The position numbers were made by a program, and so were the translations under genes. The notes beneath the pieces were generated by a model. It saw only the letters and a program-made list of their open reading frames with translations, was not told the DNA's origin and ran no database searches. A stretch of DNA of 53,114 bases, filler included, from Bipalium vagum (lineage: Eukaryota), in the NCBI GenBank assembly GCA_037834085.1. It is 3 parts of 3 records of this genome, joined end to end, with 100 filler letters (N's around TTAATTAATTAA, not from the genome) between each part and the next. Parts side by side here need not be neighbours in the genome. Positions count along the whole stretch, not along the records: positions 1 to 17,611 come from JBBMKC010058961.1; 2 more parts are not named here. One strand, 5' to 3'. Of this stretch, positions 1 through 13,700 are shown one piece after another (the first letter of the stretch is position 1; every line of letters begins with the position of its first letter).

Positions 1-65
<65 letters not shown>

Positions 66-76
66 CATAATAATAA
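1..76. repeat. (ATA)n microsatellite
   Basis: About 25 nearly perfect ATA units, lying just 3' of the TBC gene stop codon. Confidence 0.95.
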
Positions 77-131
77 GTACTCAACATATTTGGCAAGTTG
101 TCATGGATATTTTACAGAAACGAAAACAACA

Positions 132-3100
132 TTATTTGTGCATTGCCATGGACTTTAGTCTCGCTTTCGCCATCTGGGCCTCTTGGTGGAGACATTCTTT
201 TTTGATATCGGTTTTTGTCACTGTCAGTTTCGCAATCTGAGAGAAAGATAAAAATCACAAACCAATCAAATAAAAAAATCGATCGTTTTTGATTTTATGA
301 TCAAAATTCGAAATTGAGTAGGGGCAAGATGGGAAGAACAACATGAAAAAATCCCGGAGAAAGATTTGAAAGAAAAAGAAACAACTTCGGTATTTTTATC
401 TATCTATTTTATTTTTAAATTGGTCCCATAATGAAAGTAATCTAACATTTTCACTTTCTTTCCTCCGGTATTCATTTGGCATGAAAATAAGAAAATATCC
501 CCATTGATAATAAATAAATAATCAATTTTATTTTTCTGATAATTTGTTCTCTATCGAAGAAATTACTTAATCGATTTTCATACTTCATTGAAATTTCTCT
601 GACTTTTCAAAGAGTTAAATATCAATATTATTTTAACAAATATATCAAATCTTTCCATTTTGAATTATTATAAAAATATATGATAAAAAATCGATTAGCG
701 TGACCAATTTAACTTCAATGATCATGTGTTTTATTGAGTGAGAACCTTTGAAATATTCTACATTGATTGATTAAAACCACGAAATAAAATAAAAATAACC
801 ACAAAAAATGATCCTTAATAAAAATAGTAATAACAAAATAAATAATCGATAATATTAAAATAAAATTATCGATGTTTTGTTTAAAGGAAAACCTTGATTG
901 ACCAACCAATTGAAGAAAGAACCTTTAATTAGAATGTCATCAATAAGATTTGCAGATTTCCTCAACTTTTCTCAAAATGAAAAATTAATAAAGTAAAATA
1001 ATCGATTAATATTGGTAAATTTATAATAATACAAAAACTGATCAATAAATGGATAAGAGTTATTATTTTAAGTTCTGCGTTTTCCTCAGAAAAAATGAAT
1101 CAATTGTGCAATAAAAAGTCAGTGAAATCAAATGGAAAGAAAATTCAGAATCCACCGAGTTTCAGCGATTAATAAATTACAAGGTTTTTCAAAATAAATT
1201 TATAATTGTTTTTACTTAGGACTTATTAAAAAATTATCATTATCCTCAAAAAAGCATGATAAATAATATTCCAAGAAAAAATACAGCTTCAGACAATGTA
1301 AGAAAACTAATGTGCAAAAATTATAGCAACGGCAAATCATTGTGGAAACTGAGGTAAAATATTGAACTGTTTCTCAAATCATTATTGCCTAGAAAAAAAT
1401 TGTCTGCGTAAAAAGAAGTTAAATTCAAATGAATCCGAAATAATAAAAGATTCATCCATTATTTTAAGTAAAATTTTGCATAAAAAACATCTCAAAAACA
1501 AATATCCACAGAACTATGTAGAATTTTGAATATAGTTTTAAACGAGTAGAATTATTACCGATTTTGCGCAATATCGAATCCAATATTGAAATGAGATTAT
1601 TTATGCAAGAAAGATGCTAAAAATGTGATTTGATAAATTGCAGTTTTTTGATGAAATGGGGGGTTAATTGTTCTATAAAGAAAAGGTATGGAAGAGCTCT
1701 ATTGGGTGTGTGACTCCAAGGAAGACTATTACAACCACCCATAGTTGAAATATTTTGATTGCAGCTGTGATTGTAAAATCATGTCTTATATATTTCGAAA
1801 ATAGTAATCATGCATATAATGGATAGTCATATTGTAATTTTATAAGTAATCTAATTCAAAGATTAAAATCTTGTAATTTAGAAAACATGATTTTTATCTG
1901 TAACCAATGTTCCACTTCACAAAAATGAATCAGCTCACGAATTAATTATTAATAATGGATATCAACCAATATTTTTACTTTCACACAGTCCACAATTTTA
2001 TCCCATCGAGGAATTAGTGAGTGTATGGAAGGAAAGGATAAGATCTATGAATATAACAAGTCATGAAGAATTTATACTTGCTTTGTCTACATCTACAGAA
2101 TTTATAAAAAGTGATCATTGTGATCCTTATTTTAATCATTTGTATGGATTTCTGATAAAAGCTCTAGCAAGAGAAGACTTATGTATGTAGTATGTACGTG
2201 TTAAATAAAATTTTATATCTTTAATTATTTTATAATTTACAAAATATTTTGAAATAAGATACAAAGTATTTTGAAAAACCCTGTATAAGCAATAAAACCA
2301 ATAATGTAAAATGTAGAACGCAAAATTTACTTGAGACGTCAAATATTTTGGAGTGGTGATGTCATCGGGAAGGTGACGTAAAATGAACAAAATCTCCATT
2401 TCCTGACCCTCTTTCAACGTCTGCTTGTACTTGTTTATCGACCCTATTATAAGCACCAGAGCAACTTTAAAGAGAACCGATTTGCCTGGAAAATGGAAAA
2501 ACAAGAATGACATTGACAAGAAGAGAGAGAAATAAATAATGGGGTAAAAGACAATGGAAAGGATAAAAACGAAACCTTCACACAGAAACATATCCATAAC
2601 TTGCAAAACGCTTGGCCACGGAAGGGTGCGAATATAAATACACATGAACCAATCGATCATATAACAAATGGGGTCAATTTGATTCTTATCCTGCAATGTA
2701 AATCAAATTTCAATAATGATAATCATTAAATCACAGTTTATGAATTTATATATATTTATAAATTTGTGACCTTTCAACATTGTGACTGAAAGCCAAAAGT
2801 AAAACCATACAAAATAATCATTAATTAAATTCAATAAATCATAATTTTTATTAATTTTTTCATTAAATTAAAAAAAAATTTCTGATAAATTAATTTTTTA
2901 ATAGTTCAATTAAAAAATCACAAAAAAATTTAAAATATGTACGATGGATAAATTATTTGAAGACAACTTGTTTCATCGTATTAACTTATCTTAATTTATC
3001 TGAAGATTTTTCAATTTGTTAAGGGAACGAGTGTGGATTTGAATTTGACAACCCTATCTTTTTCTAAAAGTTATGAGACAAATCTGTTGAATAATATTTT

Positions 3101-6100
3101 TAAATAATAATAATAATAATAATATACGTGTTTCTGACATGCATTTGAAATTGTGTTTAATCACAATACACGTGAAAATCGTGATCTTATCATTATTTTT
3201 TTTTGAAAGTAATTAATCAATAATTACAAATATCAAAATATAAAGCGAAAATAGTATCAATAATAATGAGGAAAATTACAATTTTTCCGAATGAAAATAT
3301 ATCGATTATTCTTTGGCTAGCTCACTTTATTTGCTATATTGATAATTGACGGTGGGAATTATCGACCCTTTTCTTTGGGTTGCAGTTTTGCAACAAATTA
3401 CGATTTTGTAACTTATAATATTTATTCTTATTTTCCCCATCTAGCGGGATGCCTTTTTAATCATTAATTAAAGAACTTCGCTGATGTTTATCCAAACAAG
3501 GAGTGTATCTGAACATATTCTAAATACATAATTGTTTTTCATCAAAATTACTCAAAACCAATACTCAAAAATTTGTTTTCTTCTCTTTTCCTTAGCCCAA
3601 ATATATCTACTTTAAAAGACATTGAAAATCGATATTGAATTTCACTTTTATCATCAGTAAACAGATTTATTCTTTGAATTAAAATTTATCGACATTATCT
3701 GACCAAGCAGTCACAAACGTATCCTTGACCGGAATTGCTATATTATATTTTAATGTATTAACAGGTTATTGTTTGATCATACATTTGCGTAGAGTACTTA
3801 TATTCATTTCCATCTTAATTGGCATTATAAATTAACCTAACTCAAACTTTCCAACCCTTTCGTAAATTTATTTTCTGCTAAAATAGAAAGAAACACTTTC
3901 TTGTATTCAATCTCTTCAAATTCACCACCGACGTTGAATGATGAACACGTAATAATATTAATCTTATGAACAAATCAACTTATTTTTCCAGTACAAACCT
4001 TTAATCAGTTGACAATAAGGTCTATTTAGAAGGTAAACATTCATTATTATGGAACATGTTTCCCAACTAGCCATCAGTTCCCCTCAATCTATAACGTCAT
4101 TTCTGTCAATATAAATAATCAAATAATTGTATTACTTTTAAGGTATTTTAATTGCTGATAAAAGCGTAATTCAACAGAAGGGGAAGCACTGCATAAGACT
4201 GCTCACTGATGATATATGATTAGAACAAAACTCAATAATATGGATTTTTAATGTCTTAAAGTAGATATATCTGTGCTGAGAAAGGAGAAATGTATAACAT
4301 ATATTGATCACGCAATATCGATATTTTTTCAGACACTTGATTTTCAAAATCTTGATATATACAATGTTTATTGAAAATCGATAACCACTGAAAATATTGT
4401 GCATTTGCCCATCTTTCTCAGATTTTAATTTTATTATTAGTATTCAAAATATATTGATTTACTATTAACAAGAAATAAAACTAAATCAAGAATAACATAA
4501 AAAATCAATTGTTCTTCATAATCAGTAAATTCCGTTATAATAATATTTAAAATTATCTGTAAAATTAATTTGTGTTTCTTCTATTTCCATGGTTACAAAG
4601 TAATTCTCTGCTACTTCAGCTATTGTCAAAGATTTCTTGGCATTTAATTGATTAATTAGGACTATTTTCGATATGTAATTCGTCAATTGTCTATTTATTC
4701 TCTATCTCTACATTATCAGAATGCCGGGAAGGAGAATCTGTCGCCATTTTCTGTGCTTCCTTGTTTGCAATTAGCAACAAAACTACATTTCCCACGGCTC
4801 TTCCAGCCTCTCGAATTAGGCCACCTCGTTTAACAATGCAGCGATCATATAATAATGAAACGAAAAATGTCATATCGGAGTACAGATCTCGAGAAATGCC
4901 ATTAAATAGATAAAATGTAAAATCGATTTTTTCAACAAAGAAAACTGAGATAAAAAGAAAACGATAATCGGAAAGAATGGTGTGCTTTGAAATCAGATAT
5001 TCTTTGAGTTGCGGAAATGGAATTTGCAGAATTTTACACCACCACGCACAGAGAGAAAGACTCTTACATCATAAACCATAGAATATCTTGCAACACAAAT
5101 GTGGCTTCTTTTTCGACAGTAGTTTTATAAATCAAACAGTAGCCTAGGGCGTCTAAATGTCTATCATTTCTCCACATTGAATATCAATGAAAGACAAAAA
5201 ATCAATGAGTAAATCATCACAAATGAGATGAAAGGAAGATTTCTTCAACGATAGATTTATAGAAATGGTAATCAAAGATTAAAACAGGGAAACCTTTTCC
5301 AATCACAATCCATCCATTAAGTAACATGGACCGTTCAATGTAGGAAAAATTGATCTTTTTAAATATACTGAAAGTATTTCACAAAAGTCTCTCATTAAAT
5401 TATACATCATTTAATATCAGAAAATAAAAATCGATAAATAAATAAAACGGTTACCATGACAATAGAAAAAAATAATACATTTTATTGATTTCTCTCCCAT
5501 CTTTTCAAATAATATTAACTTCCTGACAGTTTTTTGTTGTCAGTGTTCAATACAAATAGAAAATCAAATGAAGAAATTAATTATTGTCACAACCGGGAAA
5601 TCTGTTACAATCGATTTTTTAAATATGTGTTTATATAAAAGTAGACAAAAAGTTGGGGTAACGCAATTTAAATGACAAAGTTCAGATTTTTCAGATTAAA
5701 GAATGAAAGAGAAAAGAGAAAACTGCGTTCGTTTTTATAATGACATTACATTTTTTTCTACAGATTAAAAACAGTAAAAAAATATCAATAAAAAGTGATT
5801 GAAAGTGCAATTCAATATGGGAGGATTTTAATAAAAATATTTTTTCGGTATTTTAAAATTTATGCCAAATTATTTATAAATCAATATAAAATGAAAATCG
5901 ATAATTAAAAACATTTAACAGATAAAAATAAAATTTTATTTAGATTAATTTATTAATATAATCAATGGTTGTATAGTATAATAAATAATAAAATTGGAAA
6001 AAAAATTGCATTACTAAATTTAAAAATAAATAAAATGTTATCCATACTAAACAGTTGTGGACAGAGGAGGATTCCTTTTTCAATAGCTCCATCAGAGCTT

Positions 6101-9100
6101 TTGCGTCGGTTTGAATTTGTTTCTTAAAATAAAATTATCCTAATCAATCATCACCAGACAATCTCAATAATATTAATAATAATAAACATAAAAAAATCAT
6201 AAAAATAATATAAAATAAGTAATGACCAGAAAATTAACAATTTAATTATAAAGAATATCATAAAATAAAGTTAACAAAATGAGAGAAATAAAAAGATAAT
6301 AATGATAAAACATAAATAGTAATAATAGATGATGATAAATAATAATTCTTTTCCTAAAGATTAAAACTTCCAAAAAACACGTTACGAATGTGCGATCAGT
6401 GAAAAATAACTGAAATTCCAAGAGGCGACTTGCGCACATCAAATGAAGTATGAACCCGGTAATAATGGCATGAATAAAAATTGTATCCGCAAGTTTGTGT
6501 TGAGACGTTATTATTGATAGTGATAAAAATATCTATAAAGATAAGTCGCATTTCAAAGAAAACGTTTAAATAGAATATCATTAACAAAAATATTAAGATT
6601 TTACGAAATTAAATTTAAGTGAAGCTCAATATTTTATATAAAATATTCAATTACGTATCGATTTTATTTAAATTTTAAGTTCGAAAAAATTGATTTAAGA
6701 CAAATATTGATATTTATTTCACATCTTAATATTTTGCTAGTAAACACATTCATTTTCCTTTGCTTTTATTGACTATCAAAATCTTATTGTAATCAAATCA
6801 ATCTTAATAATTTAAAATTATCAATTAATTAAAGTGTAAAACTTAAAAATCAATGTTTCACATATATATTTTATTTCTAAATCAATGAGAGATAGTTTTA
6901 TAAAAATCAAAAATCGATCATCATTAAATAAAGAACAACCAATAATGGAAAGTTCGATTTACAGAGAAATATGTAATGCAATTTTCTAAGAGGATTTTTT
7001 CAAGTGGATATGATAAATTAATTAAGTCACAAGAGCTGATCTGATCGCAATCAGTACAGATCACTTCGGCTGATCACGAAAATGTGCGTGTTTGTGAGAG
7101 ACAGAGAGAGCTTGTTGGCCTGGTCTGAGAATTGGAAAAAGAGAAAGTGATCGATTTTACTGTGCTTATCGTATTGAATGACGGATTTTGCCATATGGTG
7201 GATAACTGACGATGTCACCCCAAATGCTAGAGAGTGTGTGTGTGTGTGTTTTTCAATGTGTGTATGTGTGCGCAGAAAACATCGAAAACAACAATACCAG
7301 ATGGAGCTTTGGTGACAATCGCAATACCAATTCAAAGGAAGACCAAGCACTTTTCCATTTCACTGGAGACACTCACGGGTTCGTCTATTTGCATGTTTGC
7401 ATCTGTAGACGTGGTTGATTACAAGGCATAGTTAATTGGCCAATTAATTAGGATCAGGAAAAGCAGTCCATTAATCATAGAAATTCATCAAAACTTTGAT
7501 GAGCACAAGAAAAAAATGTTCAGTAATTAATTGACGAGGTCTTGAAACAAGAAGGAATGAATATTAATTAATTCATACAGAAGTAAATAATTATTAAAGT
7601 AAAATTAATGATAAAAGTTAAAAATAATGCTAATAATTATTAATTGAAAAGAATAAGTACTTCTAAAAATTAAATAATTAAAATATTATTAATCAACAAT
7701 GAAAAATGTTGATTAATAAGAGAAGTAATATTTTTAATTCGTTAAAATAACAAAAAATATCTTAATAAATAATCAAGTGATAATTAAAAATATAAACAAT
7801 ATTTTATAACTAATGATGTTAAATACGAAAAATAATGATTTATTAAATGGTTGTAATTGAAAAAACAATAATAAATTATTAATAATTAGAAATTTATAAT
7901 TAATAAAATAATAGTAATAATCAATATTAATTGAAATTTCTCTATTTCATTAAATATAAATGTTTAATAATAATTTCAACTCAAAAAATCTCATTAATAA
8001 TCTATTTACTGATTAATAACATGTAATTTATATTGAAAATAATACTAATAATAAGATTTACATAATATATAACAAAAATATTTATTTATTAATAAAATTA
8101 TTTATTATTATTATTCATTTATTATTATTGAGTGCTCACCAGTCCAACATCATAATAACCTGGAATGTATGAATCACAGATTTTATCGAATGTCCAAAAT
8201 GCATCTTCCTCGGGCATCACCATTAGCAAGGCGGCTGCCAATGGCGCCATTCCCTGACAATACCCCGTTTCTGGATGCCTTATTGAATAGACTGTAAGAA
8301 TAGTCGATAAGCTTTCTTGACTGAAACAAATTAACACCGATTAATGATGGAGAAATCGAATTTCAACTTCCAATGAATTTAATGTGAAGATTGTGCAAAA
8401 TAAAAGATTTGAATTCCCAGACATCAATTTTCTCTCTCTATATATATATATATTGGTAGAAAAGACGTTTAACCACATAATGAAGTAAGCTAACAAAAAG
8501 AAATTTAAAAAGCGTAAGGAAAATCTGATCAGTTTTTCTCTCCCTACTTCCAAACAAATAAGATCCAGAAAGAGATCAAAATCAAAAATCAATGTTATTT
8601 GTGATAGTGATTATTATTGACCTTCAATTATTGACATTACTGGTCTTGTTTGACCGTGAATCATCAGCATCTTTATACTCATTAATTTAATAAATATTTT
8701 AATACTATTTTATATATTTAATAATATATTTTTATTATTATTATAAAATTGTTAAAGAAATCTTGTTGGTGAAGTTGGAAGGAGAAGGACAAAGAGATGT
8801 GAAAAATGATTTCTTTAATAAAGACAAATTCAAGGAAATAAAAAATCTAAAGATTCAATAAAGACAAAAGAAAATAGGACATAGAAATGTGGATATGAAA
8901 AAATTAATAGTCTCTTGAAAAGTAGACACTTGATATTTGATCAATCGATTTACAAATTCAATAGATGTTATATATTTGTGTCAAATGTTGATAAATGAAC
9001 TATTTAACCGAAATGGGTCACATCACTTAAATGTTTGGTGAATCAATGTCGAACTTATTTATTCAAGATCGTAGTAAATGTATCTAGCTTGATTAGTCGC

Positions 9101-10757
9101 AAGCCTAAAACGCAAGGCAGGAAATCAATGAGATAAACAGGTGTATATAATTCATTGTACAGAACGGGGTTTTCAGCCAATCAAATAACAGTGGCACAGT
9201 CGAATCATTAGCTCTTTTTGGCCATTAAGTCTATCAGTAAGGGTACTCAAGATAAAAAACTCAGATAAGAAGAAAACACACTAAGATCAATTGATTCCAA
9301 ATGAAAATTTGAAATAAGATAAAGAATGGCAAGTGATCTTTGCTAAGAATGAAAGCCTTAGTTACTGCCTTTTGTCAATAGTGCCCGAGAGAACCGGAAC
9401 TGATAAGATCTATTTCCAGTTAAAAATAGAAAATTGAAGTTACAGAAATTTTTTTCACGGTGTTAGAGCAGTATGAAGAAAAAGATAGTACGAAAAATAG
9501 ACGATTGTGGTTGGTCAGAATTAAGTGAATTAAGGATTAAAATCATCAGGAACACGAAGGCCTCTGCGAAGAATTCCGAAATTGAAAGTTGCTCAAAATG
9601 ATTAATAATAATAAATAATAACGGGATTTATTAGATTTACTTTCAATTCTGAAATTGCGTACCCAGAGTCTTGGTAATAAGCAAAATTTCTTTTTAATAA
9701 ATTATATTTTTGTAATTTTATAATCGGAAAAATAAAGATGACAAAAGAGAAGTTTCCATATTTTTAAAGGAGGTTGTATTTTTTTTTACTCAAAATCAAT
9801 AATTCACAGTTTTCCATAGACTTTCACTAAACGGGACTGCAGAACAATTTATATGTAGAACTCAATGGGTAATTTCAATTATTATTTTTGTAATTTTCTA
9901 ATATCAGTGTTAATCGATAAATGAAAAATGTCCCTCGAAATAGATTAAGGTAAAGAAAGGACAGAAATGACAATAGAATATCCTTTTAACAATATCTATT
10001 CCTGAAGTTTTGGAAGTTTCCCTATCAATTGATAATGGGTCCATGATAAATCGGTGGATCAGATGATCTGCAGTTAGAAACTAATAGAAAAGAACTAATA
10101 GAAAATTTCGAAAAGCAGTAAAGAGGGAAATATAAAAAAATAATAATCAATAAATAATTCTCCGATAATAAAATAAAAATTTGTTGTCTTTTATCATTAA
10201 AAATCAAAATATTAAAATAAATGAAATTTAATAATACTTTCCAAATTGATGAAAGATTTCAGTGGAACAAGTATTTTAAAGGGGGAAATGATAAATTAAA
10301 AAATTTCCTTATCATCTTCGTTATTTATAATAATTTTAATCATTATGAAGATATAAAATGTCATAAATGTTGATTTATCTATTACATTTTATAAGAGTAA
10401 ATTATCGATATATTTTCAATATTGACAATAAAACGTGCGTAATCAAATAATCACACAATGACAAAATCCGATCGTTTTCCACCATTAAAAATGCCAAGCT
10501 CAAGGTTTGTTTAAGAAATGAATTTCAATAATCGGCATTTGTGTCAAAAATGGATCACTGTTTTATTCAGTCAGGTCCGTTTTAATGGTTATGTAATTGG
10601 TCTGAAATTTCAATCTGGCTTACAAAATTATTTCATTACAATCGATTTCATCGTCATATTTCACTTTCTGTGTGTATCCATCTTCGTTTTTGGTTCAAAT
10701 ATGGGATCAAATGATTGTTGAATTATAGATTCCCTGTGATCCCGGATTATCATTTCA

Positions 10758-10795
<38 letters not shown>

Positions 10796-13700
10796 ATTAT
10801 TATTAATCATTATTAAGGAACATTTCAGATTTGTCCCGAAAAATGTATTGATCATCCACGAGTTTCTCGCTATTTTGTTTTTCTTTCTCTTTTCCCAACA
10901 AATATATTTATAAATATTGGTGATTAAGAGAAAACTAAAAAACTCAGAAAAATCAAATGTAAAAATATCAATTTATTAAAAATAAAGTAAATCAAAAAAC
11001 ATAATCAAAAGCGTAAATGAATTATATAAAATGATTTTGCCTTATTTAGAATCGTTGTCATAGAAACTAGTAAGATCATACACAATACTTTTTTAAGATT
11101 GACTGAAAATCAATAAAACAAGGGAAATCAAATTGAATATAATTTTAATCAATAAAAAACTCACCCAAAGCCACCCTTATCTTTAAAGTTTATGTGATTG
11201 GGAAATTGCCTATGGATATCTTTTCTGATCTGTTCGACGACATCTGGGTTGGGCGTGCACGCTTTGTAGGTCTCGTACAGCTCGTGGTGCTGAGACTTCA
11301 GGGCGGAATTGAAATAATCTGACTTTCTCGATGGAGAAACGGTTGAATAAAAGCTCGACACGCTGATGGAATCGTTATCGGAGCTATTGACAGCTTGAGT
11401 GCTGTTTCGGAAACTAATTCTGTTGAACTCCTTTTTCTTGGGCACTTTTAGCTGATCTTTATAGAACGTTCTTTCCTGTAACGTCGTTTCCAGACCTCGA
11501 CTTTTGCACAAAAGCTGCCAGACTTTGCACCGCAACGACTGAGGAATTCCCTTGCGACACCGACTCACGATTTTTTTGTACTTCTTCGTCTTATATTCTT
11601 CCCATTTTAGGACCATGTCCTGCCACTTTTTCTCACGACTCCGATTAATAGTAATCGGAATATTTAAATCGCTAAATAACTTTGTTTTATTTGTACTCTT
11701 CAGAAAAAATTATCCGAAATCAATATTCATCAGAATATTAATCAATATTAAGAAAAATAAAAAAATAAAAGCTTAATAATACATTGTAATAATCATCGCT
11801 TAATATTTTTTTATATAATTGATTGAATTATTCGAATTTTTAAAATTAAATTGATTGACGATTACATTGATTTAAATTGACAAATTTCTTCGAAATCAGA
11901 CCAAAGTGCAAATAATCAATAAATTTTTCTAAATGAAATGATTTTTTACAAAGAATCGATGAAACAAGGTAAACAGAAAATATTTACTACAGATTCTGAG
12001 AGAGAGAAGGTCTAGACTTTTTAAATAGGAAAATTATCATAGAATTATCAGTAAAACGAGAAAAATTCACATTTATTTTCATAAACATTTTCCCATCGTA
12101 AAGTGAAACTACTTTCATAACACTTCAAGTTAAATTAAATCTACATTTGATGTTACAAGTGCAATGAAAAACGTTAAATGATTAATTTTAATCATTAAAT
12201 TATGACCGACAATCAAATTTTTAATATATATACTTACGAGCACTAAATTATTATTGATTATTATTATTATTATTTATTTTTACTTAAAAATTAAATTTCA
12301 AATTCAAAATTTATTCTCCGTATATAACTTATCGTTTTAGAAGCAATTATTCTCATTTGACCTTCCAAAAATCTAAGATTTTTATTTTAATGAAGGAGAA
12401 TATTAATGATCTTTGTGTCATTGTGTGATCAAAGAAGTGATCACAGAACTCTTATCTCATCACTCCAATTATCATGAAATAGTGTGACTGCCAATCAGAT
12501 CGCATATTTCAGCGAACTGTTAACAAAAATAAACATAAGCCGTTAGCAGCAACGAGTTTATTACCTAAGTGAAGTTAATTATTGAAATCCTCAATTATTA
12601 TCATTTTTATTATAATTACTATCATTTATCATAATTATTGATTGTAAACATTATATATTTTATTGATCATATTATTGCTATTAAATATTATTATTACTAT
12701 TATTAATATTATTAATATTAAATAATAATAATAAAAATAAATAATATTTTTAAAATTATTAATTTTTTTTATCATAATTTTCATCAGAACAAGTGTGTAA
12801 CTTTTAAATTATTAGCATGATAACAGATCTATTTTTTAAAAAGTAAGACGTCTCACAAAAGTCTTAATGAATATGTTAATATTTTTACTATATTCAACTA
12901 AACGAGTAGAAGAATTAAAACTTTTAGGTCCTATCTTTCCCCTCACTAATGGTTGATTTTAATGGTAAAAAAACTTTATTAATAACACAAAAAGATTAGC
13001 ACAATCGTTAAATATTAATATTGATTATTTTATAATTACATGAATTATTTATTAATTTTTTTCTACATAATAATTATTTCAGATAATATTATTTTTCTCA
13101 CTCTCATCATTTAATAATAATCAATACTTAATTATTAGTAAATTTAAACAAATATACTTTAAATTATTATTCTCATTAACTTTATTTTAATTAGTATTTT
13201 TATTATTATATATTATTATTAGTAAATATTATTACTATTTTATTTTTTTAAAACTTATTTTATATATCATTAATTTATGATTATTTTTATCATTTATTAT
13301 TGTGAAAGTAATTTCAATTGACATTTTATTTATTATTGCAATTACAATTAGCCATCCAATGAAATTAATTCAAACGATTAATAGAAAGGCATAATAATAA
13401 ATGTGTGCCCATGTCAAGAGTTCAATTTTAAAATTGTCTTTTCACAACCGTACGCTTTTTATATATATGGTCGATATTTTTTATCGATCAAAATTTGAGG
13501 AAAATATTTCTCCAAACAAAAAAATAAATTAGGAAACGCACATGTGCAAATCATATGTGACAAAAATAAAGCAAAACGTCAGTACAATTTTTTCATGTCA
13601 GATTTTAAGTGAAAAAAAAATGATTCCATTATCTAAAAAGCTTTTTAATAATTATTGACTTTTGATTCCCGTGTGCATCGATCTTGAAAATTATTGGACT

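Noticed and set aside
3560-4130. Possible MULE transposase or PIF1 helicase remnant (PVKDTFVTAWSD / GQGYV)
   Set aside because: The motifs are short, lie in overlapping frames and conflict with each other, so they cannot be assigned without a search.
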